Source: Octopus sinensis (taxonomy: Eukaryota). Taken from it: DNA of 64,000 bases. How positions within the stretch are numbered: the first letter of the stretch is position 1; each line of letters begins with the position of its first letter. The position numbers and the translations under genes were made by a program. The notes under the pieces are model-generated. The model was not told the origin of the DNA. It saw nothing but the letters and a program-made list of their open reading frames with translations, and did no database searches. Positions 37,153 through 50,860 of this stretch are shown one piece after another. The stretch spans positions 55,118,001-55,182,000 of the forward strand of contig NC_043001.1 in the NCBI RefSeq assembly GCF_006345805.1. Reading direction: 5' to 3'.

Positions 37153-38261
37153 TGTGTATATATATATACATAAACAAACATGCATAAATACACACACACA
37201 CACACAAATACATATATAATACTGAAAATAGGAACACGCTGGATTTAAATGCTATGACTGCCACTACACCTAAGCAACTGAGCTATTGACTACCTAAATT
37301 ATAGTAAGTAGCTACAACGACATAGTACTTAGTATACTGTCAATGTGAATATAACATATAAGTGCCAGTATATAATAGAAAAGGCAGTTATGTTTGGTGG
37401 AGTTGGAAAAGGAGTGATTGGCAAGAGCAGCAGTGGTCATCAGTTCATGGTGGGTGATGAGATAAAGGCAAGGGCAGGTGATGGGAGATAATCAAGATGG
37501 TCCAGAGGAGAGGGAGTGATGGTTGGCAGTATAGAAGGGTGAATTTAGAGTGTATCGGGTAAAGTTACGAAGATGGTTCACTGCAGTTTCTTATAATTAA
37601 GCCTAGTAAGTGGTGAGAATGAAGGAATTAGCACTGGTACTTGGAAATGAGAGGTAGACTGTTATAATTGATAAAGAAACAAGCAAAAAGGAGAAGGTAA
37701 ATAAGAAGTAGGGGTCAAGGGTGTAAAGTAAAAGGGCAGCAAATCTAGGCTTGACGGAGTACAAAATATGTCAGCCTCTAAACAAACTTTGTGAGTATGT
37801 GTGTGCCTCATCATCATCATTTAGCATCAGTTTTCCATGCCAGCAGGGGTTGGAGAGCTGGCCAGCTGAAGAGCTGCCCAGGCACCATATCTGTTTCTAT
37901 GGCTGGAGGCCCTTCCTAATACCAACCACTTTACAAAGTGTACTGGGTGCGTTTATACAGCACTGGAACAGGTGCTAATGCTTTTTACATGGCACCAGCA
38001 CCCATGAGCCTGTGAGATTAGGAAGGAGAGAATGAAAGCTGTATAATATGTGCGTATGTGTGTGTAAAGGAGGCACTATAAAGTGCAACAAATAACCAAA
38101 TGTTGGGTTCAGTGATGGGTCCAACGCTCAATTCCAGTATCTTGTGTAGTACAATTTTAGGATAGGCTAGTGTGCAGAATATGAGCCAAATTGAAATGTA
38201 TGCATGTTCTTTAAAGCATTGAATACCATATCTGCTTTCTGCTTATTATTACACACACAGA

Positions 38262-38414
38262 GCATTGGTGTGGCTTTGTGATTAAGAAGTTTGCTTCCCA
38301 ACTATGTGGCTTTGAGTTCAGTCCCACTGAGCAAGTGTCTTCTACTATGGCTGTAGGCTGACCAAAACCCTGTGAGCAGATTTGGTTGACGGAAACTTAA
38401 AGAAGCCCATTATA
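38262..38414 (+). mobile_element. SINE head of a further tRNA-derived family; copies at about 2455, 31770, 36720, 46195, 46690, 47915, 49140, 63390
   Basis: GTGTGGCTTTGTGATTAAGAAGTTTGCTTCCCAAC...GAGTTCAGTCCCACTG..GCAAGTGTCTTCTACTAT...GACCAAA...GAAACTTAAAGAAGCCC. Confidence 0.75.
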
Positions 38415-38416
38415 TA

Positions 38417-39676
38417 CAGGGGTTGGACAAAATAATGGAAATACCTAGCATCATAGCATCCTAATTTTGAAATACCTATAAAAGCTTGTTTATTTGTATG
38501 TTTGTTGATTTATTAATAGTGTTGCTTAATATGTTTTGCTAAAATTCCAGTTTCTTTCCAGATATCATCAGAAAAAGGTAATTAAAATTCATTAAAATGA
38601 CAGATCTATTGGACTTTCAAAAAGGTCAAATTTTTGGTGCTCGTATAGCATGTACTAGCATAATGAAAACAGCTGAAATGTTTGGTGTATCAAGAAGTAC
38701 TGTCTTGAAAGTAATGACAGCCTTTGAGAAGGAGGGAAAATCCTCCTCGTCGAAACAAAAACTCTGAAAGAAAACCAAAACTTTCAGATGGGGACTGTCA
38801 GACTCTTACATGAATTGTTAGAAAGGCTCACAAAAGTACAGCTCCCAAAATCACTACAGAGCTTAATGACCACCTTGAGAACCCAGTTTTCACAAAAACT
38901 GTTCGCTAGGAGTTGCACAAAGATGGATTTCACGGGAGAGCTGCAATTAGAAAACCACTACTTTCAAAAACAAACATTACAAAGCATTTAAAGTGGAGTA
39001 AAGACCTACAAAATTGGTCCCTAGAGCAGTAGAAGAAAGTTATTTTCTCGGACAAGTTATCCTTTACTTTATTTCCGACCACTGGCCAAGTATACATGTG
39101 GAGACAGCCAAAAGAAGCATTTGACCCAGACTGCCTTCTTCTAACTGTTAAACATGGAAGGATCTGTGATGATCTAGGGGGAGCTATATCTTAGAAATCC
39201 ACCGGCCCAATGGTTTCCCTTCGTGGAAGAATAAATAGTTAAGACTATTTAAGCATTTTATCTTATCAAATTCATGCTATGGTTGCAGAACTGTTTCCGG
39301 AGGGAAACGCAATCTTTCAGGATGATAATGTACCAATTCACACAGCTAAAGTTGTTACTGAATGGCACAAGGAACATTCTAGTGAAGTTGAACATTTTAT
39401 CTGGCTACCACAGTCCCCAGATCTCAATATTATTAACATTTATGGCACATTTTAAAAAACAAGTCAGGGGTTGATATCCTCCACCATCATCACTACAAGA
39501 TCTGGAGACTGTTTTAGCTGAAGAATGGACAAAAATTCCTTTGGAAATAATTCAAACTTTGTACGAGTCCATACCTCATAGAATTCAAGCTGTAATTACT
39601 GCCAAAGGCAGACCTACCCCATATTAAGATAAATTTGTTTGTAATTTTAAGGTGTTTCCATTTTGTCCAAGCCCTG
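38417..39676 (+). mobile_element. Full-length Tc1 DNA transposon (about 1260 bp), defective
   Basis: Imperfect TIRs CAGGGGTTGGACAAAATAATGGAAATACC / GGTGTTTCCATTTTGTCCAAGCCCTG, TA on the left flank, and an internal transposase relic. Confidence 0.93.
38597..39627 (+). pseudogene. Tc1 (DD34E-type) transposase pseudogene
   Basis: MTDLLDFQKGQIFGARI...GVSRSTV (HTH), GRAAIRKPLL, VIFSD, TVKHG, FQDDNVPIH, PQSPDLNII. Several in-frame stops and frameshifts. Confidence 0.9.
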
Positions 39677-39678
39677 TG

Positions 39679-39746
<68 letters not shown>

Positions 39747-41005
39747 CATGCATGCATGTATGTCTATCTGTGTGTATGTGTATGTTCGTGAACGAGAATG
39801 TATATATCCTTCATCTTCAAATGTTTGCTGGTTGTGAACAATGATCTCACTGATAGTGTCATTTGTTCTCAGTTCACTGTTAAAACATATCCAAGCTTCT
39901 TGACATGTTTTGACAGGTTGCATCATATTTATAAAGAAAAGGCTCATTCAGATGATAGTTTTTTTCCAGTTCTCTCGGTAAATATTCTAAGCTGTTTCTT
40001 ATTTGATAAACTGGGAGATTATTATCTTCCTTAGAGACAGGTGAGGTGTGGGGTGTTGGCATCAAGAAGTGCATTTGGCTATAGAGAACCTTGCCCCAGT
40101 GTACTCGTATCTGGTCCATCCAGGCATCGAAAAGTAGATGTCAAAACAGCGAGGATGGGGATGATTATGATATACACATAAATAAACATGCGCGTGTGTG
40201 TGTGTGTGTGCATATATATATATATATATATACTTCACTACCATAAGACACATTGGATAATGTAGTCTACTGTATGAAGAAGAAAGAAGGATGGCTATGT
40301 CTTGGATATGCTTTTAATCATAGGTTTTCTGGATCAGGGCTGACCTGGAGCTAAACAACAAAAAACAGGTTCCAGAATGTAAGGGTACAGTAACAGCTTC
40401 AGATTTTTGGGTTTCAGGTTTGATCTCTCTATGTGAAAACTTGGGCAATATCAATAGTTTTGAACCTTTTGAGTGAAATTTAGCTGAGAGAAAATAAGTG
40501 CAAGCCTATGAGAGAGAGAGAGACAAGTGTCTGTTTTTGAATGGTAGACTTGAGCCATCATCCAGTTTAGGATCCTCAGCTGATCCTTAGATGTCATTAG
40601 TGAAACCTACTCTGTTGCAAGCATTCAGCCCCAGTCTCTGGTCTGAAGATAACTTTCTCACACCAGTCTCAGAGGCCCTGAAAGAAGGGTCATGGATGTA
40701 GCTTTTCATCATCTATTTAGGAAACAACCATCTGTGGGTTTATTCCAATTGCTTTGTTTGGTGAGAGAGTTCACAAAGTTGTAGTTATTTAACTATCCAA
40801 CTCAACTTTGACTAACAGTCTATGATCAAAGGCATTCCAATCGTGATTAAGTGCATCTAGGACCATATCATTTAGTGTCTGTTTCATTTTTAGAGAATTT
40901 AGCACATGATTTAAAGGTAATTTACTTGCGATTTCTGCAGCTGAAACAACTATCTAGAGGCTTTTTTGCTGGCTCAAGTCAATACGATTTTGATTTCATT
41001 GGTCA

Positions 41006-41054
<49 letters not shown>

Positions 41055-42689
41055 TCAAGTGTTTCACTGAACTAGAACATCTATGTAATTCCTATTAGTC
41101 AAAGATATTTCAGTCCATTCCTTTCTTGATCAGTTATCTTCCTTTTTCTTTTTCTAGATAATGTAAATGTTTGTCCATGATACAATATCATCCATTTTTT
41201 AAAGAGGCTCTAGAATATAACTTTAAGAAGATTTAGATGTACTTCTAGAAGGTTGAGCAGCCATGTGTAGGCTCCTTCACTGGTTAGGGTTATAAAGTAT
41301 GTGTGTATGCATATATGAGTTTATATGCAATTCAACTTTGTATTTTCTTTTGTTAGTACAGTGTGTGTGTGTGTGTGTGCATATTTGATAAAGATAGAGA
41401 GGGGGAGAGAGATAGAGTGTGTATGAATATAAACCTTTATTTCATTTGGCTCGAGAGTGCTGATGGTCACTGTGTGTGGATTGCACAAATATGAGAATGT
41501 ATATTGGATAATGGCAATTATGCTGATATTGTATAAGGGAGAAATATAATACTTAGATCAAGAAATTTAGAAAATAAATAAACAATATCTAAAATTAACC
41601 AAATAATTAGCTTTGCAGAGTAAATTTAAATAAATGAGAATGGAAAAGAGAGGAAGGGGAAGACAGAAAGACGGAAGGAAGAAAGAGGAGGAAGAGAAAA
41701 AGACAGAAGGGAGAAAGAGGGGGAAGAGAGAAAAACAATGAAGAGGTTGGTGGAATAGTTACAAATCCAAAAGATTTATTGTAAGATGTTTTTGTAATAA
41801 AATTAACCTCTAATTAGTAAAATTGTAATTAAACTTAGTAATTAGTGAGTGAAATTGAAATAAGCCACTTTATTTGCCAAGATTCATTGACATAACCATT
41901 AGATTACAAATTTCACTGTGAGGGACAATCTGGCCAAACTATTTCTGTGTTTAGTCCACCGGGAGTAGAATCATGAATAAGTTGAATCACAATCGTATTT
42001 CAAACAAGAATATAGTTCCAATGTGTTTCAATTATTTTTCAAAATAATCCAGAATTTGGAAAAGCTTAATAAAATAATTTCAATCATGATAACTAGCATT
42101 TTACCAACTTCATTTGATCAGTTTGCTATATTAGTGGTGGCTGATTCATGCTAGACTATTCCTAATCAAACAGACCTATGAACAAAGATATATAAATAGT
42201 CTTTGATTTATATGTCAAAGACTATGTTGTCTTATGTATTTTTCATTTTTCTACTTTTAAGATGTTGGAGAGTGATTTAAAGGACATTTGGCTACTATTT
42301 CTAACAAGATCAGTTGTTATATAGAGACTACCATGCTGGTTTGTTATAGAGGAATGGCATTTCAGTAAGGAGACTTACATGGACTTAGTAAAGAATCAAG
42401 TACCACACAAGATAGATTTAGTTTTGGGGAGGACACCAACCAAAACTCCATGGGGATATCATTTTCACAAAAATATTGCATCTAGAAGATGAAGTGAGAG
42501 TGAGGAGTCAAGATATTGGTGAAGGCAATGATATTTCTTTAAGACATCATAGTGATGTTAAGATGTGGCTTATGATATCGGTGATTAATAAGAGTTGTAA
42601 TAAAACATTGGGTACATGAGCATATATTATTCATGGGTTACATATTGGTTTCATTTTTTTGGAGGGCACAAAGCCAGCAGTTTAAAGGA

Positions 42690-43085
42690 AACAAGTAAGT
42701 TGATTACATTGGTATCAGTGCTAAACAGGTATTTATTTTGTTGACCCTGAAAGGATGAAAGGCAAAGTCAACCTCAGAGGAATTTGAACTCAGAACGTAA
42801 AAACAGATGAAATGCCACTAAGCATTTTTCCCAGCATGTTAATGAATCAGCCAGCTCACCACTTTATCTATAATAAATAGTGGTTTCAAATTTTGGCACA
42901 AGGCCAGCAATTTCAGGGATAAATTGATTACATCACCCCAGGTACTCAACTGGTCTTTATTTTATCAACCCCAAAAGAATGAAAGGCAAAGTCAACCATA
43001 AGGGAATTTGAACTTAGAACGTAAAGGCAGACGGAATGTCATTAAGCATTTTGCCTTGTGTGCTAACAATTCTGCCAGCTTACTA
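42690..43085 (-). mobile_element. Two tandem SINE copies; further copies at about 3190-3330, 18380-18555, 49363-49578, 52370-52520, 54740-54930
   Basis: Same core block as the 7340-10025 cluster. Confidence 0.8.
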
Positions 43086-43839
43086 CTTTGTGCATGGGTC
43101 ACATATTGCCATAGAAACTACTTATTAGGTATGCTAACTATATCCTGAGTACATTGCATATTGGTTAGACTAACCTGTAGTCTGGCTAAGTCATATACTA
43201 GCATATATATTCTGAGTAGGTTAGATTTTGGGATCCACTAACATATGTTCTTAGTGGGATACATAATGGATGATAATGCTTCCTACGTTTTCAACCATGA
43301 AGTGCTCTTCAAACTCAATGCAGACCCCATTAACCTCAAACATACATTCCTATCAATTCCATTACACTTTAAAAGATGCTGGAAAAAAAAAGACCCAAGG
43401 GCACTAATCCTCTATTTCAGATTAAACAATACATAAAATAAAAAGCAACATTACATCCTTGCAGAAAAAAAGAAATTTATGGAATGTAAAAGGTTGTTTT
43501 TATTTCTAATATTGAAAAAGCTTGAATGCAAGCTGAATAGAACAAGTTTATATTTTATAAAATAAAATAATGGTTGAATCAACAAACACACACTAGCAGG
43601 CATATCTAATATTTTTTTATGTGTGTAGGGAAGCATGTATGATTCCCCCCACCCACACCCTTTCTGGATTTCAATTCCACATTCGTAACAAGAAGAATTC
43701 TTTGATAAAATATCTTACTGGCAAAAACAATATCACCCATTAAAAAGAAAATAGCTTAATACTGAAACGAGTATTTAAATAGATATCTAAATTATAAATA
43801 TAATACATAAGTAGATACATAAACACATACATACAGATA

Positions 43840-43907
<68 letters not shown>

Positions 43908-45042
43908 TATATATACACATACACATATTATATACATATAAATGTATATATGTATGAATAAATATATACATATATGCATATAAAAATGCATGTATATTCA
44001 TATGTAAATGCACATGCATATATATATATATGTAACTGTATATACGTGTGTGTGTACATATATATATATATAGATATATATATATATATTATATATATAT
44101 ATATATATATAGATATATTCATTCATTCACACACACACATACACAACTATAAATGCATATCTACATAAACATATATATATATATATAGATATACACAAAC
44201 CCACATGCATATATATATATCATATATGTTTATATTTATACATATATATACATACATGCATACAAATATATGAACACACACACACAATACTTTCATTAAC
44301 TATGCTTCTTTAAGCAAATTTAATGATAAATAATAGCTTATAATACATTCGGTGAAAAAACCCTTCAATGGAAAAAGAAAATGAGATAGCTGACTGTTGG
44401 ACTCCAAATATGTATCTTCTGTTAAGCCAGGTAGACACACTACCTGTGTCATATACGCTACACTTTATAACAGAATTCACTTCTGGCTATATCACTAATA
44501 AAGACTTATTTACATATTTCTTAAAGTTTCTGCATTTATGTTCTAAACAGAAGCATTCTTTCGCATTGTCAAGATTAAAGCATTTAATTTGATGCACACA
44601 CACAAGCACATACAGATACACATGTATATTTTAATCAAAATACAGAGTATTATGGATCCATTACAGCTGATCTTACCAATTGGTAAGATAATGGCACAGT
44701 TGAATAATACTGCATGCTCTTGAGAGATGGAAGGTATAGAAGAAAGATTATGGTGACACTACTGAAAAAATATATGAGTGCAACCTCTTCTAGATTTATG
44801 GACTCTGAGACAACTATACACATATATACACACACACACTAACACACATACACACACATGCACAGACACACATGAGGGAAGTGTTTTTCTTTAACCATAC
44901 AACTACAAAATAGTCAAATAGTTGGTTCCATTGTAGGGTTCACTCTTCCACCATTACAAGTTCCTTCACCATAAATAAGGAATTTATTTTTTCCTACTTC
45001 AAGCATTGAACATACACAGGCACATACATGTAACATGTATGT

Positions 45043-45106
<64 letters not shown>

Positions 45107-45150
45107 GTGTGTGTGTATATATATATATATGTGTGTATATAATATATATA

Positions 45151-45193
<43 letters not shown>

Positions 45194-45214
45194 TACACAC
45201 GCATATATATATGG

Positions 45215-45245
<31 letters not shown>

Positions 45246-45517
45246 ACTTTCATTCATCTAAAATCTGTTCTTTTCTATATTTGAATAAGTTAGTTGGGGA
45301 GTTATTTGAGGCACGATTTTACAGCTGGATATGCTCTTCTTTTTGTTAAACTTTACCTATTTTTCAAATAAAGTAGTAGTAATACTACCAGTTTTCAGAA
45401 ATACAGAAAAGCAATCATATAAAATACATAATATATACACTATATATACATATATATATACACATACATATATAATAATATAAATAATATATAAATATAT
45501 ACATATATATATATATA

Positions 45518-45791
45518 GGAGATAGGGGTACGTCACGCCGCAATAATATATGTATAGAAATTTTTTTAAAATTACAAAATGGGACAAGAACGCAAAAACA
45601 CACAAAGAGACGACACAAAAAAAACAGACGGGTCATTCGAAGCCTCTAATCTTCAGTCGGGAACCGGATCATCTTAGCAATTTCGGCTGAATCAGCTGAA
45701 ATTGCTAAGATGAACCGGTTCCCGACTGAAGATTAGAGGGTTCGAATGACCTGTCTGTTTTTTTGTGTCGTCTCTTTGTGTGTGTTTGCGT

Positions 45792-45794
<3 letters not shown>
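45518..45794. mobile_element. Putative PLE pseudo-LTR relic ending in a 208-bp palindrome (45587-45794)
   Basis: Arms of 104 and 103 bp with one central base and about 6 differences; CpG-rich; flanked by (AT)n. PLE origin is inferred from the inverted structure and a CTGAAGA...CGAA..GTC word order. Confidence 0.5.
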
Positions 45795-45836
<42 letters not shown>

Positions 45837-45854
45837 CATATATAATAACATATA

Positions 45855-45907
<53 letters not shown>

Positions 45908-48079
45908 ATGTGTGTGTGTGTGTGCACGTGTGTATATGTCATTATTATCATCATTGTTTTAATGTTTATTTCTCCATGCTGGCTGAGTGACTACAGGGTT
46001 GGGGTGCTCTTCCTGTCAATAAATAGCAGCTATTTTTAAGCAATGTAATATTTTCCCCTAGTGCAGACATGTTCATAGACAACTTCAACTTGTATGACAA
46101 GGAAGTTGTTTACAATCTGCGTGCATTGGGAAGACACAAAGAGACACACATGCACATATGCATGCATGCCTGCACTGTCACACCCAAACACATACAGTGA
46201 TCTTCTTTTCAGTTTTTCCTCTACAAAATTCACTCATTAAGCACTGGTTGGCCTGAGGTTATAGAAGAAGTTGCTTGACCAAAATGCTGCACAATGTGAC
46301 TGAAGCTAAATGTATGTAGTTGTAAACCTAAGTTTTGAACTACTGAGCTATATATATGACTACACACTCACACACACATGTATATGCACAATTCTGGCAG
46401 GATAAAAAAAATAAAAAACAATGTGTCCATGAGCAGATGAACTCAAAAGAATCAATATCTAAATATCATCTTTTACTTGTTTCAATAATTTGACTGCAGC
46501 CATGATGGGGCACTGTATTGATGGGCGTTAGCTGAACAAATTGACCCCAGGACTTAATTTATAAAATAAATGCTATTGGTCTCATTTGCCAAACTGCTAA
46601 GTTACAAGGACTTAAACACACCAACACAGGTTGTCAAGTGGCAGTGGGGGCGAAACACAGACACAAAGACAAATGCACACACACACATATATATGATAGG
46701 ATTCTTTCAGTTTCCATCTACTAAATATACTCACAAAGATTTGGTCAGCCTGAGGCTATACAGAACACTTTTGCCCAAGGTGCCATGTAGGAGGACTGAA
46801 CCTAAAACCACACAGCCATGCCTGCACCTACATGTGCAAATGCACATTAAATATGTTTGTGTATGCTTTATGGCATATATTCATCTCATTCAAATTAAGC
46901 ATGGAAAATATAACATTCATCTCCACAACTCTGAAGTTGACAGCAGCCACTGGGGGCAACTGATGCTGGTGGAAACAATGAAATGCTGAGTTAAAAGCTG
47001 TAAGGTTGGGCAAAATCTGGAACAATGTTTTATGACCCAGACACACACCAATTAAGATGGCTCTGTGAAGTCTGGGGATTCCTTCAACTACTTCAGTAAT
47101 CTCTTGCATTCTCAAAGAAGCTTAGATGCCTTGACATTATCTTACCACTTGGCATATTGTGAGAAAATGTGAGAGTACATCTGCTGTGCACATAGCTCTT
47201 TCTTCCTTTAAAAAAAACTTTGCACTAGTCTAATAGCTGTGTCTAGTAAATAAGATTGTGAGAGATATAACTGACAGACCCTCAGCTAAAGGTCAACCAC
47301 TCTTGTTGTGGTGGCTGCCTTATTCTACACATCTGTGACAATGAAATATTGCACTTTTACAACTCCGCTAAAAGTTGAGGGCTGAAGGTCAAGGCTATTT
47401 GCATATACAAATATATATATATATATTTTAAGGGTGTTGTAAAGGTCCAGTTTTGGGAGTAGAAAACCACGACTGTTCCTGCCTAGTCTACATTTTCTTT
47501 TAGCCTGAAACTGAGGAAGTGGCAAAATCTATGTAGGCTAGCTGACCATGTGCCATCAATAATGATGGCTAATTGTAGTATTTTTTATATAGGTAAGGTA
47601 CATAATAATCACACATACAAGCATTCACATATTTCCTTTGTACATGTGCACACGCGCGCGCGCACACACACACACACACACAGATACTCACACAGAGTTG
47701 AAATGCTGATTTTTCTTTTTCATCCTTCTTTCCTTATTCATCTATCACCCCTTCCTTTCCCTCATTGCTATTACTCTCACTACTTCTCCTTCACTGAATT
47801 ACTATTTTCTCTCCTCCTCTGCATCTGGTGTGATTTTGGATAAATATATAAAAACACTTAGCTCATTATTATATTAGGAGATGTGTGAGTGTAGAAATGA
47901 TATATTGTTTACAGGTGCTGGTATACCTGTGTGGTTCAGAAATTTGCTTCCCAACTATAAGATCATGAATTTAATCTCTCAATGTGACACTTTTCGGCAA
48001 GTGTCTTCTACTATAATCTTTGGCCAACCAAAGCCTTGTGAGTGGTTTTGGTAGAAAGCAATGAAAGAAGACCAACATA

Positions 48080-48313
48080 CAGGGTTGGTCAAAAGTCACC
48101 TGACAGTAAATCAAAATTCCATAAATACTTAATATTCAATTTTATTTATTCATTTGGGAAAATGGTGTCACTCAAGAAGGACATCAGTTTGTACAATTTT
48201 CATGATGTTCCATATTTAGATGCTTTTATTAAATTCATTCAGTTGTTAAACATAAATATATAATGGAATTAAATGGTTTTGATTTACTGTCAGGTGACTT
48301 TTGGCCAACCCTA
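48080..48313. mobile_element. Tc1-type MITE inserted in a SINE
   Basis: TA at both flanks; TIR of about 35 bp CAGGGTTGGTCAAAAGTCACCTGACAGTAAATCAAAA and its inverted copy. Confidence 0.88.
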
Positions 48314-49317
48314 TATGTGTGTGAATATGTATCTGTGTTTGTGTGTCTACTCTATGTATGTGTGTATATATGTATGCTTGTGTGTTTGAGTTTGTTTACA
48401 TCTAGATTGCTTCTATGAAAGTCGTAGGGTGTGGGTGGGGTTATTGTCAGTTTTCCTGTCAACAAGTTATCCATTTCTTTTCCTCTTTTAAAGCTACATG
48501 GAATAAAAAATTCCTTATTTGAAAAATGGAATGATTGTTGACAGGAGAGGTACCCAACTTTATAACAATGTCTCAATAATATATTCATCTAACCTATGCA
48601 AACATGAAAAAACAGACGTAAAAATGGATGAAATGAACAAATACATTTCTTTTATTAAGCAGGTGATGCCTAGCAATATTACATTTGCTTCAGTAGATAT
48701 TTGTATATCTTCAAAAGCAAGACTGACAGTGACAGTCAATCTTGCCTGTGAAGAGACATACCTGTGTATTCAACCAGTTCTTCAATTGGAAAGCATCAAC
48801 AGTTTAATAATAGAAATATTAACTTTGTACAGAGTGTGTTTATACATTTTGCTTGATCCATGATCAAGAGTTATAATGAATATATCATCATCGTTGTTTT
48901 GATGTTCTCTTTCCCATGCTTGCCCTGGGCTGAATGGAGTCTTTTGAGGCAGATTTTTCTATGGTCAGGAAACATTTCCTTGTGGCCAGACATGTTTTTG
49001 CACTATATTGGAAATGAGAGATACTGCTTGTATGTTAGGGACACTCATTTACATTTATCATGATTTCAAGACAAGGAGGCACAAAGATAGACAGAGACAC
49101 ACACACATGTGCATACACACACACACACACACACACACAACAAGCTTCTTTTAATTTCTATCAACCAAATCCACTCAGAAGACTTTGGTTATCCTGGGGC
49201 TATTGTAGAAGGCATTTGCCCAAGGAGTCATATAGTGGGTTTGAACCAGTATCCATGTAGTTGGGAAGCAAGCTTCTCAATCACACACTCATGCTGCCTG
49301 CAGCTATAAATGTTTAT

Positions 49318-49351
<34 letters not shown>

Positions 49352-49590
49352 AACATATATATATTGGTTTCAAATTTTGGCACAAGACTAGTAATTTTGG
49401 AGGATGTGCAAGATGATTTGATTAGCCTCAGTGCTCAAATGGTACTTATTTTATTGACCCCAAAGGGATGAAAGGCAAAGTCAACCTTGGCAGAATTTGA
49501 ACACAGAATGTAAAGACAGACAAAATGCTGCTAAGCATTTTGCTCAGCATGCTAAAAATTCTGTCAGCTTTCCACCTTGATGTGTGTGTA

Positions 49591-49632
<42 letters not shown>

Positions 49633-49771
49633 TATTGAATGGAGGTATGATCAAGTGGGTTAAGGGATACCATTTGCAATTGTAAGTTCAAGACATCCTG
49701 GGCAAATGTCTTTGACCACAGCACTAGGTCCACCCAAGTCTTGTGGAGGAAACCGAATTGTGTGGACTCGG

Positions 49772-49975
49772 GCACGCCGGGCGAAATGCATAGCCGTATT
49801 TCGTCTGCCATTACGTTCTGAGTTCAAATTCTGCCGAGGTTGACTTTGCCTTTCATCCTTTTGGGGTTGACAAATTAAGTACCAGTTACGCACTGGGGTC
49901 GATGTAATCGACTTAATCCGTTTGTCCTTGTTTGTCCCCTCTGTGTTTAGCCCCTTGTGGGTAGTAAAGAAATAA

Positions 49976-49980
<5 letters not shown>
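49772..49980 (+). mobile_element. Young SINE copy (CpG-rich subfamily) with (AAT)n tail
   Basis: CACGCCGGGCGAAATGC...GTTCTGAGTTCAAATTCTGCCGAGGTTGACTTTGCCTTTCATCC...AAGTACCAGTTACGCACTGGGGTCGAT; highly similar to 51441-51667. Confidence 0.85.
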
Positions 49981-50010
<30 letters not shown>

Positions 50011-50247
50011 TAATAATAATAATAGTAATAAAGAAGCTTTTCACATACTCTCATGTTGATTTAACCTACAAATTATGTTAATGGTGCAAATCATGTCAAT
50101 GGTGAAATACTCAACAACTTGCACACTAATTCGCTGTGTCAATGTGTAGGTTGTTCAGTTCATTGACTAACTGGAAAACTGATTATAGAGAACATTCAAG
50201 ATTCATTCACTTACTACCAGAAATATATGTGTGTGTGTGTGTGTATA

Positions 50248-50306
<59 letters not shown>

Positions 50307-50474
50307 ACATACATAAATACATTATATATATGTATGTACATATATACATATATATATACATACATGTATTCATAAGTAGATGTGCATGCATGTGTGTGTG
50401 TGTGTATGCACACCTAATCATAAAAACACAAACATGCACACTCATACATATCCCTTTTGAATTTGAGGCATTTT

Positions 50475-50475
50475 A

Positions 50476-50525
<50 letters not shown>

Positions 50526-50860
50526 TATTATTATTATCCTGAGTTATTAGCTAGATATCTCCATATCACATGAAGAAATATATGTAGCCATGTGATATAA
50601 TTATTGCCAATAATTCTGCAAATCCATTGAATAATTCTTCTATTTTTACTAATGATCAAAAATGATGGCTTATGGGGTAGTGAGAAGGTTGGTGTGGAGG
50701 GGGTGTGGCAGATGCATTTTTTTTTCTCTCTCTCTATTGGTTTTACAATAGGAACTGCAATAATAAAAATGACAATAGTAGGGATGATAATAATAATAAT
50801 AATAACAATAACAATAATGATGATGATGATGATAATGATGATGATGATGATGATGATAAT
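50475..50860. repeat. (ATT)n tract at 50475-50535 and (AAT)n/(GAT)n tract at 50780-50860
   Basis: Seen directly. Confidence 0.9.

Noticed and set aside
44670-44689. Perfect 20-bp palindrome ATCTTACCAATTGGTAAGAT (also a 16-bp TAATGACATGTCATTA at 1758-1773)
   Set aside because: Arms of 8-10 bp are expected occasionally by chance in 64 kb of AT-rich DNA; no supporting context.
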